Part shown: positions 52,101 through 64,000 of the stretch, in pieces
How the letters are laid out: each line of letters opens with the position of its first letter
Numbering within the stretch: position 1 is the stretch's first letter
Position numbers and translations under genes: made by a program
The notes under the pieces: generated by a model
Databases searched by the model: none
Seen by the model: only the letters and a program-made list of their open reading frames with translations
Told to the model about the DNA's origin: nothing
NCBI GenBank assembly: GCA_030704615.1
Contig: CM060732.1
Location: forward strand, 30,876,001-30,940,000
DNA from: Takakia lepidozioides
Taxonomy: Eukaryota; Plantae; Bryophyta
Direction: 5' to 3'
Length of the DNA: 64,000 nucleotides

Positions 52101-53903
52101 ATATGCCCAGCATGGGTGCGGGATGCAAGCTTTGGAGACGTATGAGCAAATGATGCGGGAAGGGGTGAAGCCCGACCGGGTCACGTTCGTTTGTGTCTGC
52201 AATGCTTGTGCGAGCCTGGCAGCCCTGGAAAAGGGCAAAGGGGTCCATGGTGACATTATCAAAGCAGGAATTGTACCAGATGTCATTCTGAACACTGCCT
52301 TGGTTGACATGTATGCCAAATGCGGCAGCATTGAGGATGCAACAAAAGTGTTCAACAATATGGGCGAACAAGATGTGGTGTCCTGGAATGCAATGATCAC
52401 AGGATTAACCCAGCATTGCTGTGGGGTGAAAGCTTTGCAGATGTATGAGCAAATGATGCGGGAAGGGGTAAAGCCCAACCAAGTCACATTCATTTGCGTT
52501 TGTAGTGCGTGTGCAAGCCTGGCAGCCCTGGAAAAGGGCTGAGAGGTCCATGGTGACATCGTCAAAGCGGGAATTGTACCAGATATTATTCTGAACACTG
52601 CCCTGGTGGACATGTATGCGAAATGCTTCAGCATCAAGGATGCAAAGGAAGTGTTTGACAGTATGACTGAACGAAATGTGGTGTCCTGGAACGCAATGAT
52701 TGCAGGATATGCCCAGCATGGGTGCGGGATGGAGGCTCTGGAGACATATGAGCAAATGATGCGGGAAGGGGTGAAGCCGGACCAGGTCACGTTCGTTTGC
52801 ATTAGCAATGCATGCGCAAGCCTGGCGGCCCTGGAAATGGGCAAAGAGGTCCATGGAGACATCATCAGAGCGGGAATTTCACCAGATGTCATTCTGAATA
52901 CTGCCCTGGTGGACATGTATGCTAAATGTGGCAGCATCCAAGATGCAAAGGGACTATTTGACAATATGGCTGAACGAGATGTGCTGTCATGGAGCGCGAT
53001 GATCGCAGGATATGCCCAGCATGGTTGTCATAGAGAGGCCCTGCAACTATTTGAAGGAATGCAAAAGGAAGGTTTGAAGCCGAATAGTATCACGTTTATT
53101 TGTGTTCTCTCTGCATGCAGCCACGTTGGCCTACTGGATGAAGGAAGACGCTACTTTGAATCCCTGAGTCGAGATCACGGTGTCACTCCAACAGTAAAGC
53201 ACTTTGGCTGCATGGTGGACCTTCTGGGACGTGCGGGGCGATTGGATGAGGCAGAGGACCTCATTAATAAAATGCCAATCAAACCAGATGCTGTGGTGTG
53301 GAAGGCCTTGCTGGGTGCCTGCATAATCCATGGCAATGTGGAGATGGCTGAACGTGCGGCAACATCTATTCTCAAGTGGGATGAACAGGATGTTGCGACT
53401 TATGTGTTGCTGTCAAACATCTATGCCACAGCTGGCAGGTGGAACGATACTGCAAAGGTGAGAAAAATGATGAAGGTCAGAGGGGTTACAAAGAAGCCAG
53501 GTCGCTGCTGCATCGAGGTTAGTAACAGGGTGCACACTTTTGCTGTAGATGACAAATTGCACCCTAAAATTGAGGAAATCCATGCTGAGCTGAGAAGATT
53601 GTCTGGGCAGATGAAGGAGGCAGGGTATGTGCCTGACACACGCTTTGTATTGCATGACGTGGGGAAGGAGCTAAAGGAATTTTCTCTTTGCCACCACAGT
53701 GAGAGGCTTGCCATTGGTTTTGGGCTGATCAGCACGGCTCCTGGGACACCTCTTCGTGTCATCAAGAATCTACGGGTGTGTGTTGACTGCCACACCGCCA
53801 CCAAGTTCATCTCAAAGATTGTTGGTCGAGCAATTGTGGTACGGGACGCATCCGCTTTCACCACTTTGAAGATGGGGTTTGTTCTTGTGGGGATTACTGG
53901 TGA
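49158..53903 (+). pseudogene. Locus C: transit peptide-3xPDF-PPR-DYW pseudogene
   Basis: Exon 1 from ATG 49158 has a 2-nt deletion relative to locus D. PDF exons: 49572-49651 (TAA), 49923-50103, 50309-50388, 50554-~50680 and ~50716-50758. PPR-DYW exon from 51022 has TGA at 52540 and a 1-nt deletion at ~53850, with HSERLA and CVDCH. Close inverted paralog of locus A, including the 3' flank. Confidence 0.88.
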
Positions 53904-56871
53904 AACGATATTCTCCTGGAAAGGTGTGCTTCATTCATGATCTGCTTATCTTCTTTGTTCATCCACGATTGATCTGCTCTTGGGCCTCCAGATCAGAGGG
54001 GCTACCCAAAAATTATAAATAAATCGGTAGTGTTCCCTGATACGAAATGTTTCCGGCACTAGAAAATACATGCGGTTACTGTAGACCTATAATATCTAAT
54101 GATTTAGTATCCAAATATTTGTCATGTTGTCTTCTTTGGAGTCTAGCTTTGCCCCTTGGTAATGGTAGGAGGATCAGAAAGAGAGAGGTTTTTTTTCCTT
54201 CACCGGGAGGGATAAGTGGAAAGAAAGGGAAAGGGATGGAGGTGGGAAGAGCCTTGCTCTTATGGCAAATCCTTAGTAAGGGTGTAGCTGGTGGGCTTAA
54301 GAAGAAAGATTTGGCTGCACCCAGCCGCTTTCACCCACTGAAAGAAAACCAGCAGGATGAAGAAAATTTATAAAAAACTGTGTACATTTTTGGGATTTTT
54401 TATTTTAATTGAATATTTTTAAATTGAACGATTTGCTAAGAAGCTGTGTGTTAATTTTTGACAAAAGGTAATGATTTGTGTGGTGCTGTTTTTCTGTTGT
54501 ACAATGGTGGAATGTGCACCTAGGTCCAGAACTTCAAAAGCTCGCGTTCATTTGGATTGATGATCGAAATAAGAAATTGATCTAAATGCCCTCTGATACC
54601 TGTATAATAACCTTGATTTGTTTTTCGATAGGAATTGGTTGAGAATATTGGCGAGTATGGGTCTACCCGGCGTAGGTGAAAAGATATTCCATTATTGATT
54701 GGAGTTACGTTCCACAAGACCCCTCATACTACATCAGTTTGTGCATGTTGGAGCTCAAGGTTGACGACTCTTCCACCCACTCTAGAAAATTGCCTATGGT
54801 TCGAGAGTGCATTTGGAGCATGTACGAAACTTTTGTAGATTGTTTGTAGTTCCGTCAGGGATTGGTGATACTGCTGGTATCAGATGAAGTAGGTGGTGAT
54901 TACTGGCACATTTTTCAGTAGCTGCCTGAGTTGTTGATCTGAAACCAGCCAAAAGCTCTCCTACATACCCACTTTAAGACGAGACATGTTTTATTTTTCT
55001 TCGGAAGGAAAACAAGAGTGTATGACCACAGATCTTGACTGCATCCTTGTACAGTTACTAAATACTGTTCAGCCGGAGGTACTTCAGAAAGATCAAGAAT
55101 TAAACGAACAGTGCCATTACTGCATGGCCATGTTTGGAAACAGAAACTCTCCAGGTCTGAATTGAACGGAGATTAACAAAGGGGGGGACAAGATTTGTGA
55201 CCACGAAACATACTTCCCCGAGCATAGCTAGCCTAAACAATCTATCTCCATTACTGTCAGGCAGTTTAAAGAAAAACCCCAATGGAACTGCAATATGCAA
55301 ATCTGTTTGAGGAGGCCATTTGCCATGAAGTTTGAAAGTGTGTCAATTGGAGGTGGAAGGAGCACATGTTGCAACATCGAGTCTCTTCTAGTGTATGTAG
55401 AGTCTGGTATGGTCAGTATGAGGAGTAGCTGCAAAGATAAGAAAGAAACCAGACATCAATCTTGTTGCGCAGGAGGAGAATAACCTAGAGTGGAGTTGCT
55501 TGACACACAAGCTCTGAAAGCATAAGCCCCCAAAGCAATACAAGGCACTACAGTCATGGCCGTTCATAGAGGCCAAGCAAGGGAGGTAACAACCAGTGTT
55601 GAGAGGGTATTACTTTTTTTTAATACCAGCTGGGTCCTGGTATTGAAATATTTTTATTTTTCAATACCAGCCAGTTCCATAGTATTAGAATACTTACAAA
55701 ACTCTAATATCTGTTGGTTCTCAATAGATGTAGAATTTTGGATTTGCCGACGGTTATCGACTAGCCTAATGGTATTCCAATTGTACTACCAGCCGGTTAC
55801 CAACCCAGGTATAAATAATTTAATTTAATTTAATTTAAAGTGGTAGCCTGAGTATGGGGCCAGTTTATAAGTATACATGGTTTCCCAAAGAAAACAAAAC
55901 CGTTGCAAAAGCCCTTTGCATTCTATCCCATATTGTCAAATCAAGTGCAATCTGCTAGGAAAATTAGCTCCAAGTCTCACTGTCCAACATGGCCAAATTT
56001 GCAATGCAGAGATTCTTCTCATCCATCATATTAATCTGTTGATCAAGGAGAGATGAAGTCTTCAAGGTATGGCACGTTGGGTGAATTAGTAAAGAGCAGG
56101 TGGTGGGCTGGATTTGCACCCCAACTGGTTGATACTAATACCGTGTGCAGAGTCCCTGTTTTTACTTCTAATACGGTATTGCCTGGATATCGCCTTTGCC
56201 AATACCAGCTTAGGTAGGGTATTGACCAGTGTTAGACTGGTATATAGGGTCAAGCCGGGTATATTTTTGTATGCTTCTGTTGTCTTCGTCTGTTGTGTTG
56301 GAGCTGGGTGGTTTGTGAACTTCACATTACTGTTAGTATCTGATTTGTATAATTTATAAAGAAGTAACCCGGCTGCTATTTTGGTCCTCTTTTTTCTATG
56401 GACGAGATTCACATTTTACTGATGTTGTTCTTTACAGTCCTACCACAACCAAATTGACATTGCGTCCTCTTGGCCAGATTTATTGTGATAGAAATACAAT
56501 GTTGAACTAGTCAATAAATACATGATGTATTTGGAGAGGCAAAGGTCCCTTAGCCACAGAGGACTATCATATTCACTTCCTTTGCAGTTTTACATTTTGA
56601 ATCGCCTCACCCAGCTGTACTTGCTTCTAGCATGCAAAAGCTATAACATTCTAGGTTTTTTACCTCAGTAAGAATGTTGAAGCCTAGCCCCCATGAAGTT
56701 ATTTTACAAGATCCTCCATGATAGCAGCTATTGTTGTTTGGTTCTCCCGCTCTTTCCACTTTGGACTTTGTTTTCAGATTCTAAGATTGAAATAGTTGCC
56801 CACAGTTTCTCCTCTTTTCAGCACACAACACCTGTTTTTGTCTCCTGCCAGTTTCTCTCTCAAACTTTCAC

Positions 56872-59800
56872 CTAATCAACTCCAGCCATGGGTTCCCCCT
56901 CACCTTCACTTTCCTTGCCCTCCATAGTCATTCGGCCAGCTGTATAGTCCTCATTGAAGTCATAATCATCATTACCCTTCCCAAATTCCATCGCACCAAC
57001 TGTCAGAACAGCCTTTCCTGACTTTTTCTGCCGCTTTTTCTCCGCACGTTTTGCATGAGGATTTAAAATACCTTCAGTGTCATAAAGCTTATCATTTTGG
57101 CTTAAAAAGGCACGACCCCTTGTCACAGCAGCAACTTCAGTGTCCATCCCAGTAGGACCTAGGTCCCCTCTGGTCTCTACCTTGTCAGAGTCTTCATCGT
57201 CGATGTCATCCTCTTCATCGCTCTCCTCGTTGCCCTATAAGAAATTGCACTAAAATCTTTAAGTCCAGATCCTGCAGTATTTAACATGTGTTTCTCAAAG
57301 CAATATTTACAGAGTGCGTTAAAGGGCCAGTGACTTACTGACATCCAAGAATCCATCTGCATGTAAATATTTTCACACTTCAGGTAACCTAGAGATGAAC
57401 ACAGCAAATGAGGCAAGGCACAACGGCTGTACCACCACCATAGAAGGCTCTAGGACTTAGGTTTCAAGACAAAATCATTCTGGTCTTCCAGTTTTTCTCA
57501 ATAAAGCTCTTCACCACGGTATGAATTTGATGTGAGTACTCACCCAAGAAATAGACCAAAGGAGGGCATTGCCTCCAGCTTTTGGAAATGACCAACAAAA
57601 GGTGACAGTCATTATGCAGATTTCAACGAGGGTGATTCATTTAGAAGACCAACCAATATAGTACACCACAACGTTTCTGTCTCCTAAGCATCATGGCCAA
57701 GGATTTCCATTTTCCCAGCTCACTACAGAGGTAGGAAACCTTATCAGTAAACAAAGGAGCTGTCCGGAGTCCCACTTGTTCATCGGAAGCTGTGAAAGAA
57801 GCTCGGCATACATTTGCATGCACTTCAGCTTGTCTAGTTTGCGCAACATTTCACCTGTGGCCTTACCAGTCTTGGCCCAAGACAGAGAAAAAGGACACAA
57901 TTTTGTTGTTGCTGCCAAGGAGAAAATATAATCCTAGGTTAAATTGAACCAACCTGAACAGTGTCGATGTCCATAGTAAGTGGAGCACTTGAAGGCATTT
58001 CCACATGAAGTGTGTCGACCAGAGAAGGGAGTCCAGCTATAACAACTGACTCCTCATTCTTAAACACAGCCTCCACATCAAACTCCTTGCCCCAGTCAGC
58101 TACAATTGCAGATTCAGCATGCTCACTGGCCTCCCGCACAGGTGGCATTGTGTAGTAAGGGATTTTTCCTGGCATTGAAACACGATAAATGAATGTCAGT
58201 TCCAAGAATCTTCTCGAAGGGTAACTATAATAACTGTGAATTCTTGGCTTGCATTTGAAACGTATATTAGTGGTTTTACTGTAAAAGGAACTGTACATGT
58301 CAGCTTTACATATAGGGACATTTCCAGTTTCTAGAAGACATTCTTCTCAAACACCCACGGTGGTTCCCAAAATTAGAGACTCTTCACAACAGATATTGCT
58401 TGCTGTAGTCTTGTGACAGAGAGAGCGAGAGAGAGATGCTGATATAGGAAACCATGCATCTCATCCTTTGTCATCTAGAGATATATACCGGTTTGTCTGA
58501 CTCCCTCTATCTCTTATATCAGAACAAGATCATCCCACTCATCGCCATTCATGTATCCCTAGTAATATGAACATGCTGTCCTGGGTTGGACAGGACTGAG
58601 ACCTTCATTCCAGTCGTGAAGCACAATACGTGCAATTGCAACAGTGTCACCCACTCCCCCCTTTTTGAGCTTTCCACGCACCATAGCCAAATTTTGCAAG
58701 AACTCATCAACATTGTTGAACTTGGCAACCTTGTAAATTGACATCAGCTTCTCCGCAGGACACAGCTGCAATATCTGCTTCACTGTCAAAAAACAAATAA
58801 CCAACTTGTGGTCAAATTAGATTGATGGATGTTTTTTCATCCCCCATTGCTGGAAATTCTAATATTAGGTGACCGTTTCTATCTCTGTGTAAGGTCCAGG
58901 CTTTACACACCTGGGGTGACAGGATCAGCAAGCTTCTCTATCTTGGTACAGTTTCGCAGTGTTGCAGATGCCTCATTGTCACCTGCTGATGCAAACACAA
59001 TACCAGGGGAGTCCAGCAGCTTCACATGCTTGTCCAGGTGGATCTCTTGCATGGCCTTGGTCACACCAGGGGTTGCACCCACATTTGCCACCCGAGTTCT
59101 CTTCAAGCTGTTGATGAGGCTGCTCTTTCCCACATTTGGAAATCCAACCACCCCAACAGTGATGGCTGTTTTGAGCTGCACATGGCCAAGGTCATGTACC
59201 AGACGACAGCTTTAATTTCAAAAGCAGATATAAGTGAACATCTTTTAAATTGAAGTAAAGAGAATTTTGAAATGGACAGTTCTCAGTGGTCATACCTGCT
59301 GGTTCCTGGAGTAGTTCTTGAGAAGCTGAAGAAGAGTCTCAGCACCAAGACAATCGCTAGATTGCAACGCATCAGTGATCTCTGTTGCACGTGCAAATGA
59401 CTTGCGACCTAAGTTTGTTCTTTGCTGCTGTGTGTTTGATTTGAATGCTACAGTTGGCAGCTCCTCTCTCAGATATGTGAGCCACTGCTGGGCCACCTCT
59501 CTTGGGACTAGATCTGAAGCGAACCAAAGACTTAGTCGCAGCTTTAGGCATTGCACCAAACCCAAGATGGAGCAATGCCAGCATCACAAAAGAAAATCCT
59601 AGAACCTATTCCATCTCATTGAACTTATAAGATAATCACATCTGTTGCACTCATCGATATCCAAGATTACTGCAGTGCTACTATTTTACTGCAAGACCAA
59701 AGTATCAAGACCTGTATTTGCATCATTCAAGGCATGTAGTCTTCCAGACTGGTCTTTAGTGACGTGACCAACAGTTCTCCAGGATATACTGAATCCTTAT

Positions 59801-61734
59801 AAGTACGGCAAAGAATTTGCACAGGAGGAATACTAATCTTTGTACGAGAGAGGAATGATGAACAGATTGCTGGCAGGAATTAGCCTAAACATAAATGTAC
59901 ATAAAAAGAGATACAGATGCACATCTATTGAACCTGGGCATCTGCATGAGGACGAGAAAGACAAGGAGGGTTCACTGCCCTGGAATGCTGGAAAAACAAT
60001 AGACTTATTTCTAGGCAAGGCCCCTCCTATCCCTGAGGGGGTTTCACCAACAAATTTGATGAAGGTATCAACGAAGGTATAGTAGGTTCTTATGTCTTCA
60101 CCTGTGTCTATGTTGCCCTTGTTATTTGATTTGATTCCTCTTAGAAGGATTTTGGCCTCCGTATTTTGAATTCATGAAATCAGAAAACGAGCATCGAAGG
60201 GTGTACCAATCTTATTGAGGAGAAGTACAATCCGCTTAGTTGGGCCTGATCTGTGCACCATGCGTTCCATGTCCACACAGCGGCTACCCAAGGGGTCCCT
60301 AGCATCCAACACTTGGATAATCACATCTGCTGCTTCAATCACTTTCACAAACTCCTTATAGAATGCTCTGCGTGACCCATCTGCATACTCGCAAGACTTG
60401 GGCAAGTCAGACTTTTGAGGTGAACCAGACAGCAGAAATCCCTTCCAGCCCAACTAAAATTTTCTCAGAGTCCAATCAAAGAGCTGGGTGAGGGACACTG
60501 CAAACAGACCTTGAGAGCCAGCAGTGGTAGCATTGCTCACACAAGAGCGTTTTCGCATGTTGAAGTCTGAGTTGCGTTTGTCAGCATCCTTGGCAAGCTG
60601 TGCAATATCTGCATCTGCCTCGACGTCCAGCAATCCCAGCTTTCTCTTCTCAGCCTGCCATCATGACATGTTAATTTGAAGGCTACTTAAACTGCTGAGG
60701 ACAGCTGACAATGTTTGTTAAGCAAACACATGTTTGTTAAGCAACCTGACAAGTAGTGTTCTCCAATGGAATGAGAGAAGCAGGTAGCTGGGATGTGGAA
60801 TTGACTCACAACTCCCGCACAACTCACAAATAACTTGGCATAATAAAAAGTGGAGCAGTTCGCAATGCATGCAGTTCAGACAGTGTCCACAGTCCACACT
60901 CTCGTTGGTGGCGTACTAGATTGGCTCTCTCGGGGTGTAGGAGATGAGGGAAAGACAGACGAGCAGGTTTGATCACAAATTCAACCAGAGCAGAAGGAGC
61001 AAAAGAAAAGGGAGGCTCACCCGCTCTTTCTTGGCTTGCTTCTTTTTCTCAATTTCTTCCAGTGCACGTGCACGACGATCCTCAAGAGCCTGGAGTTCCT
61101 GTTCCTTGAAGGGCCATGCATTGGGGATTCCCGGGTCTTTCTCAACCTTTTGTTTCTTACTAGTGCCCGCCTTTTTGGCCTCTTTGGCCTTCTTCTTATG
61201 GTGCTCCTTCACCTTCTTCAGGATTTTGTATTTCTTCCTCAAGGGCATACGCTTGCTTTTACTCTCTGCACCATTAATCAAACCCCACCCTCAATGCAGT
61301 CCACTTCCAACACTAAATTTCCTAACCAAGTGACAGAAACGCCATCTACTTCCCGAGCCTGAAATTCCATCTGGTTCGACTCAGTCGAGGACTATCCCCC
61401 TACCGTGAGTTCAAGGGCTCACATCGACAACAAGGATATTGATCTACTTGACCGGCTGTGCGACCTATAGTGTGGTTGCCAAGCCAGTAATAGTTCAAAT
61501 GTCCGTGGAAAGCTCCAAGAGATTATGTTACAAGAGAAAGCATGAAACAAGAAAGAGGGATTGGCCCTCCACAAGCAGCCCAAAAACAGCAATTGCTGGA
61601 GGTATTGTCTAAGAGTGAACGCCAATGCAGACATGTTGCAAAGCAAAACTGATCCTCGTAATGGAGCACCTCTGTGAGACAAACATATTTTTCGTGTGAG
61701 AGGGCGAGGCATTACTTTTGCTTTTCTTCACCAT
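56872..61734 (-). CDS. NSN1: Nucleostemin/GNL3-like circularly permuted GTPase, 9 exons
   Basis: Exons 61734-61716, 61265-61021, 60654-60510, 60380-60207, 59513-59296, 59175-58911, 58782-58603, 58168-57954 and 57234-56872 are phase-consistent. Motifs: [34 protein letters not shown]. Confidence 0.95.
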
Positions 61735-61986
61735 CTTCGCTAACTCTTTTCCGGAGTCTCCGACCTTCGACCTTCGACGGTAGATATTAGAGAGCAGACG
61801 GCAGCTCTGCGCACGCACACACAAACAGCACTAGCGCTGCAAACTACAAAGCCCTAAACCCCAGCTGTCCCCACCAGAACGGCACCTCACATTAATCCCA
61901 AGTTTTGGGACAACCTCATACGAGATCCCACGATAATTTCGGGAAATGGTTTGGAGCGTCGGAAGTTCAGAATGTGAACGAACGAT

Positions 61987-62190
61987 GACGAATGTTCAGA
62001 GCCGTCTCCGCTCACGACGATCATCCATCACCGACTCGACGAATGTCCAGAGCCGTCTCCGTCGACGACGATCATCCATCACCGTCGCGACGATTGTTCA
62101 GATCCGTCTCCGTCGACGACGATCATCCATCACCGTCCCGACGAATGTTCAGAGCCGACTCCGTCCACGACGATCATCCGTCACCGTCCA
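61987..62190. repeat. Minisatellite, 4 x 51 bp
   Basis: Unit GACGAATGTTCAGAGCCGTCTCCGTCGACGACGATCATCCATCACCGTCNC, head-to-tail with no spacers. Confidence 0.92.
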
Positions 62191-62393
62191 CGGTGACGGG
62201 CTCCGTGACCCATCGCCGTGGAGGAAAGACTGTGCGTCCCTGCCCGTCCAAAATGTATTCCGTAGTTCGAACAGAGAGTGCGGTTATGGGGAGTGCCAAG
62301 GAAGGGAGCGACAGGGACCCTCGTTTGGAGCGCGCACCCGCTCTTGCAAGCACCTCGTGCAGCGGGGCTGCACGCACGCGGACCACGACGGCT

Positions 62394-63453
62394 ATGTCCT
62401 TGTGCCATCTCTCTCACTCGCACCCCCCCATGGCGCCGTCTTCCGGCCTTCTCATGACCGCGCACGCCGACCCCATGCCCAAGCCCCTGCCCTCTCGCTT
62501 CAGTCATGCGGGAAGCGTCGCGTCGTGCAGAGGCTGTGCTGTGGAGCTGAAAGCGGCATCCCCCTTGGCAATGCGCAGGGGACGAAATCCCCTGCATGTA
62601 GTTGCTACGCCGCCTCGCCAACCTTCAGAGATGCCATTCAAATTAGGTGCTAACACGAAACTGTTTGCGCTTTCCCTTCTTGAGTTCGCTGTGTTGTGTG
62701 CGTCGTAGGATCCAGGCTTGGAATTGTCTGTTGAGAAATTCAGCAGCAACAAATTTACTCTGGGCAAAGAAGCAAGAAAGCACAAGGGATGGTTAGACAA
62801 GGTCGATAATTGGGTATATCTCGCACGTAGGTCAACGTGGAAGCATGGAACAGCGCTGGCAGGATTTCTATAAGGATCCTTCACAAAGTTCACAATGGTG
62901 GGACAACTGCAATAGCAAGGTGTGGCTTTCTTGATATACCATGCGAAGAAGTTTGTCCGTTCTGCAAAAGTGGTCAGTATCATGATTTGTTCTTGTTCCT
63001 GGTGTTTACAAGGTACTCAGGAGGCAGCTTGGTCTTCTAAATCCATTCAGCTGCACTGTGGTGGTTCTCACAGACCAATCCAGGACGACCTGGCTACACA
63101 CACAAGCTATGCAAACAAGAGGTCCTTTGGGTTGATGGTCGGTTGAATCCTCCTTGGGTGAAGAAAGAGCCAGGTGATCTCTTGACACAAGGTCAAGGAC
63201 AATGTGGTGAGGGCACCGTGTTCTTCAACACACTCCGGCCTGTTTTTCTCATCAGCGTCGGTCGTAATTTTTCATGTTGAGTTGTGCAAGTTAGTTCGTT
63301 GGGTGGATCTATGGCGCTTTGGAGTGATTTTAACATGTTACTGCCAATGTGGCAACATGCAATTATCGGAAAGCAGAAAATAAAGACGAGGAGAAGCTTT
63401 GGAAGGAATATTTTTCAGACCCCAGTCAATGGTGGGACAATCGAGGCAAAAAG
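62394..63453 (+). CDS. Locus D (5' part): transit peptide plus PDF modules; probable PDF-PPR-DYW gene continuing beyond the window
   Basis: Exons 62394-62646, 62831-62919, 63074-63206 and 63377-63453 join without stops: MSLCHLSHS...PRQPSEMPFKLG|QRGSMEQRWQDFYKDPSQSSQWWDNCNSK|TNPGRPGYTHKLCKQEVLWVDGRLNPPWV...|ENKDEEKLWKEYFSDPSQWWDNRGKK. The last exon needs an alternative acceptor because the paralogous AG is mutated. Homologous to the locus C 5' region. Confidence 0.7.
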
Positions 63454-63559
63454 GTGAATGCCTGTAAAATACAGGGAACGGGCAACAGGATGCATCCCAA
63501 AACTTGGAAATTGTCATCCTCTCTCTCTCTTTCTCTCTCTCTCTCTGCCGGTAGTATGA

Positions 63560-64000
63560 CTTACCTTGAAACAGATAATATATCCGAGTTTTCCAGATAT
63601 CCTCTAGAAATCCCTTCACACAAGCATCAATCTGCTGAGTGTGGTTTGCCCAATAACTAGGCCCCAAAAGGGCCTGGGCTTTTGGCTCAGCCTCGAGACT
63701 TTCAAAGTTGGTAAACATCAGCCCTGACAAAGGTAGTTTCTGTCCCTTTGTGTTCCTCTCAAACTGAGCACGGGGTCAATGGCCACAAGGCTACGGCAAA
63801 CAACGTCTTATGAGTGCATTCTCTCTTTCTTCCCAGGAAAATCAAGAACATTGTCTCGCACCTCTGTTGACCAACTTTCATAATCTTGAGGCCGAGCCTA
63901 ATGCCCTGGCCCTGTTGGGGTCTAACTTTTGGGCTGCTCACAGACAGAAGATTGATGCTTGTGTGAAGGGCTTTACTAGAGGATATCTGGAAAGCCCGAA
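63560..64000. mobile_element. Two LINE-like 3' fragments in opposite orientations inside the locus D intron
   Basis: ~63565-63720 matches ~28060-28210 in the same orientation. ~63860-64000 matches it in reverse complement. Both follow a (CT)n run. Confidence 0.7.

Noticed and set aside
52540-52542. TGA as programmed readthrough, selenocysteine or an editable stop
   Set aside because: Locus C has several other lesions (exon 1 frameshift, TAA in exon 2, DYW frameshift), so pseudogenisation is the simpler explanation.
55590-56250. MITE-like element with AATACC/GGTATT motifs
   Set aside because: Could not define matching termini or a target-site duplication.
61987-62190. Possible CRISPR array
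   Set aside because: Units are contiguous with no unique spacers, there are no cas genes, and the context is eukaryotic.

Overview
Nuclear DNA from a land plant, most likely an early-diverging, RNA-editing-rich lineage such as a bryophyte (inferred from the PLS-type PPR-DYW genes, GT-AG introns and LTR elements). The first ~16 kb is a nest of decayed Ty3/Gypsy retrotransposons. One is a chromovirus with both LTRs. A second family carries a DNMT3-like C5-cytosine methyltransferase between protease and RT plus a C-terminal PHD finger. From 17 to 64 kb there are ordinary intron-containing genes (AN1-AN1 SAP, SECE1, CPN10, TOM20, nucleostemin-like GTPase, a small membrane protein). Among them sit four paralogous loci (A-D) carrying exon-pair modules for the OSB-type 'PDF' ssDNA-binding motif (WxEFFxDPSQWWDNRxxK | xxPxxPDF[KR]HKxTxxxLW). 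In A, B and C these modules are predicted to splice onto a PLS-PPR-E1-E2-DYW deaminase exon. D runs off the window before any PPR exon. The ORF track misses this fusion because introns split it. The PDF-PPR-DYW family and the DNMT+PHD retrotransposon are the two main candidate novelties. All gene models were assembled by eye from splice sites and paralog comparison, with no transcript evidence.
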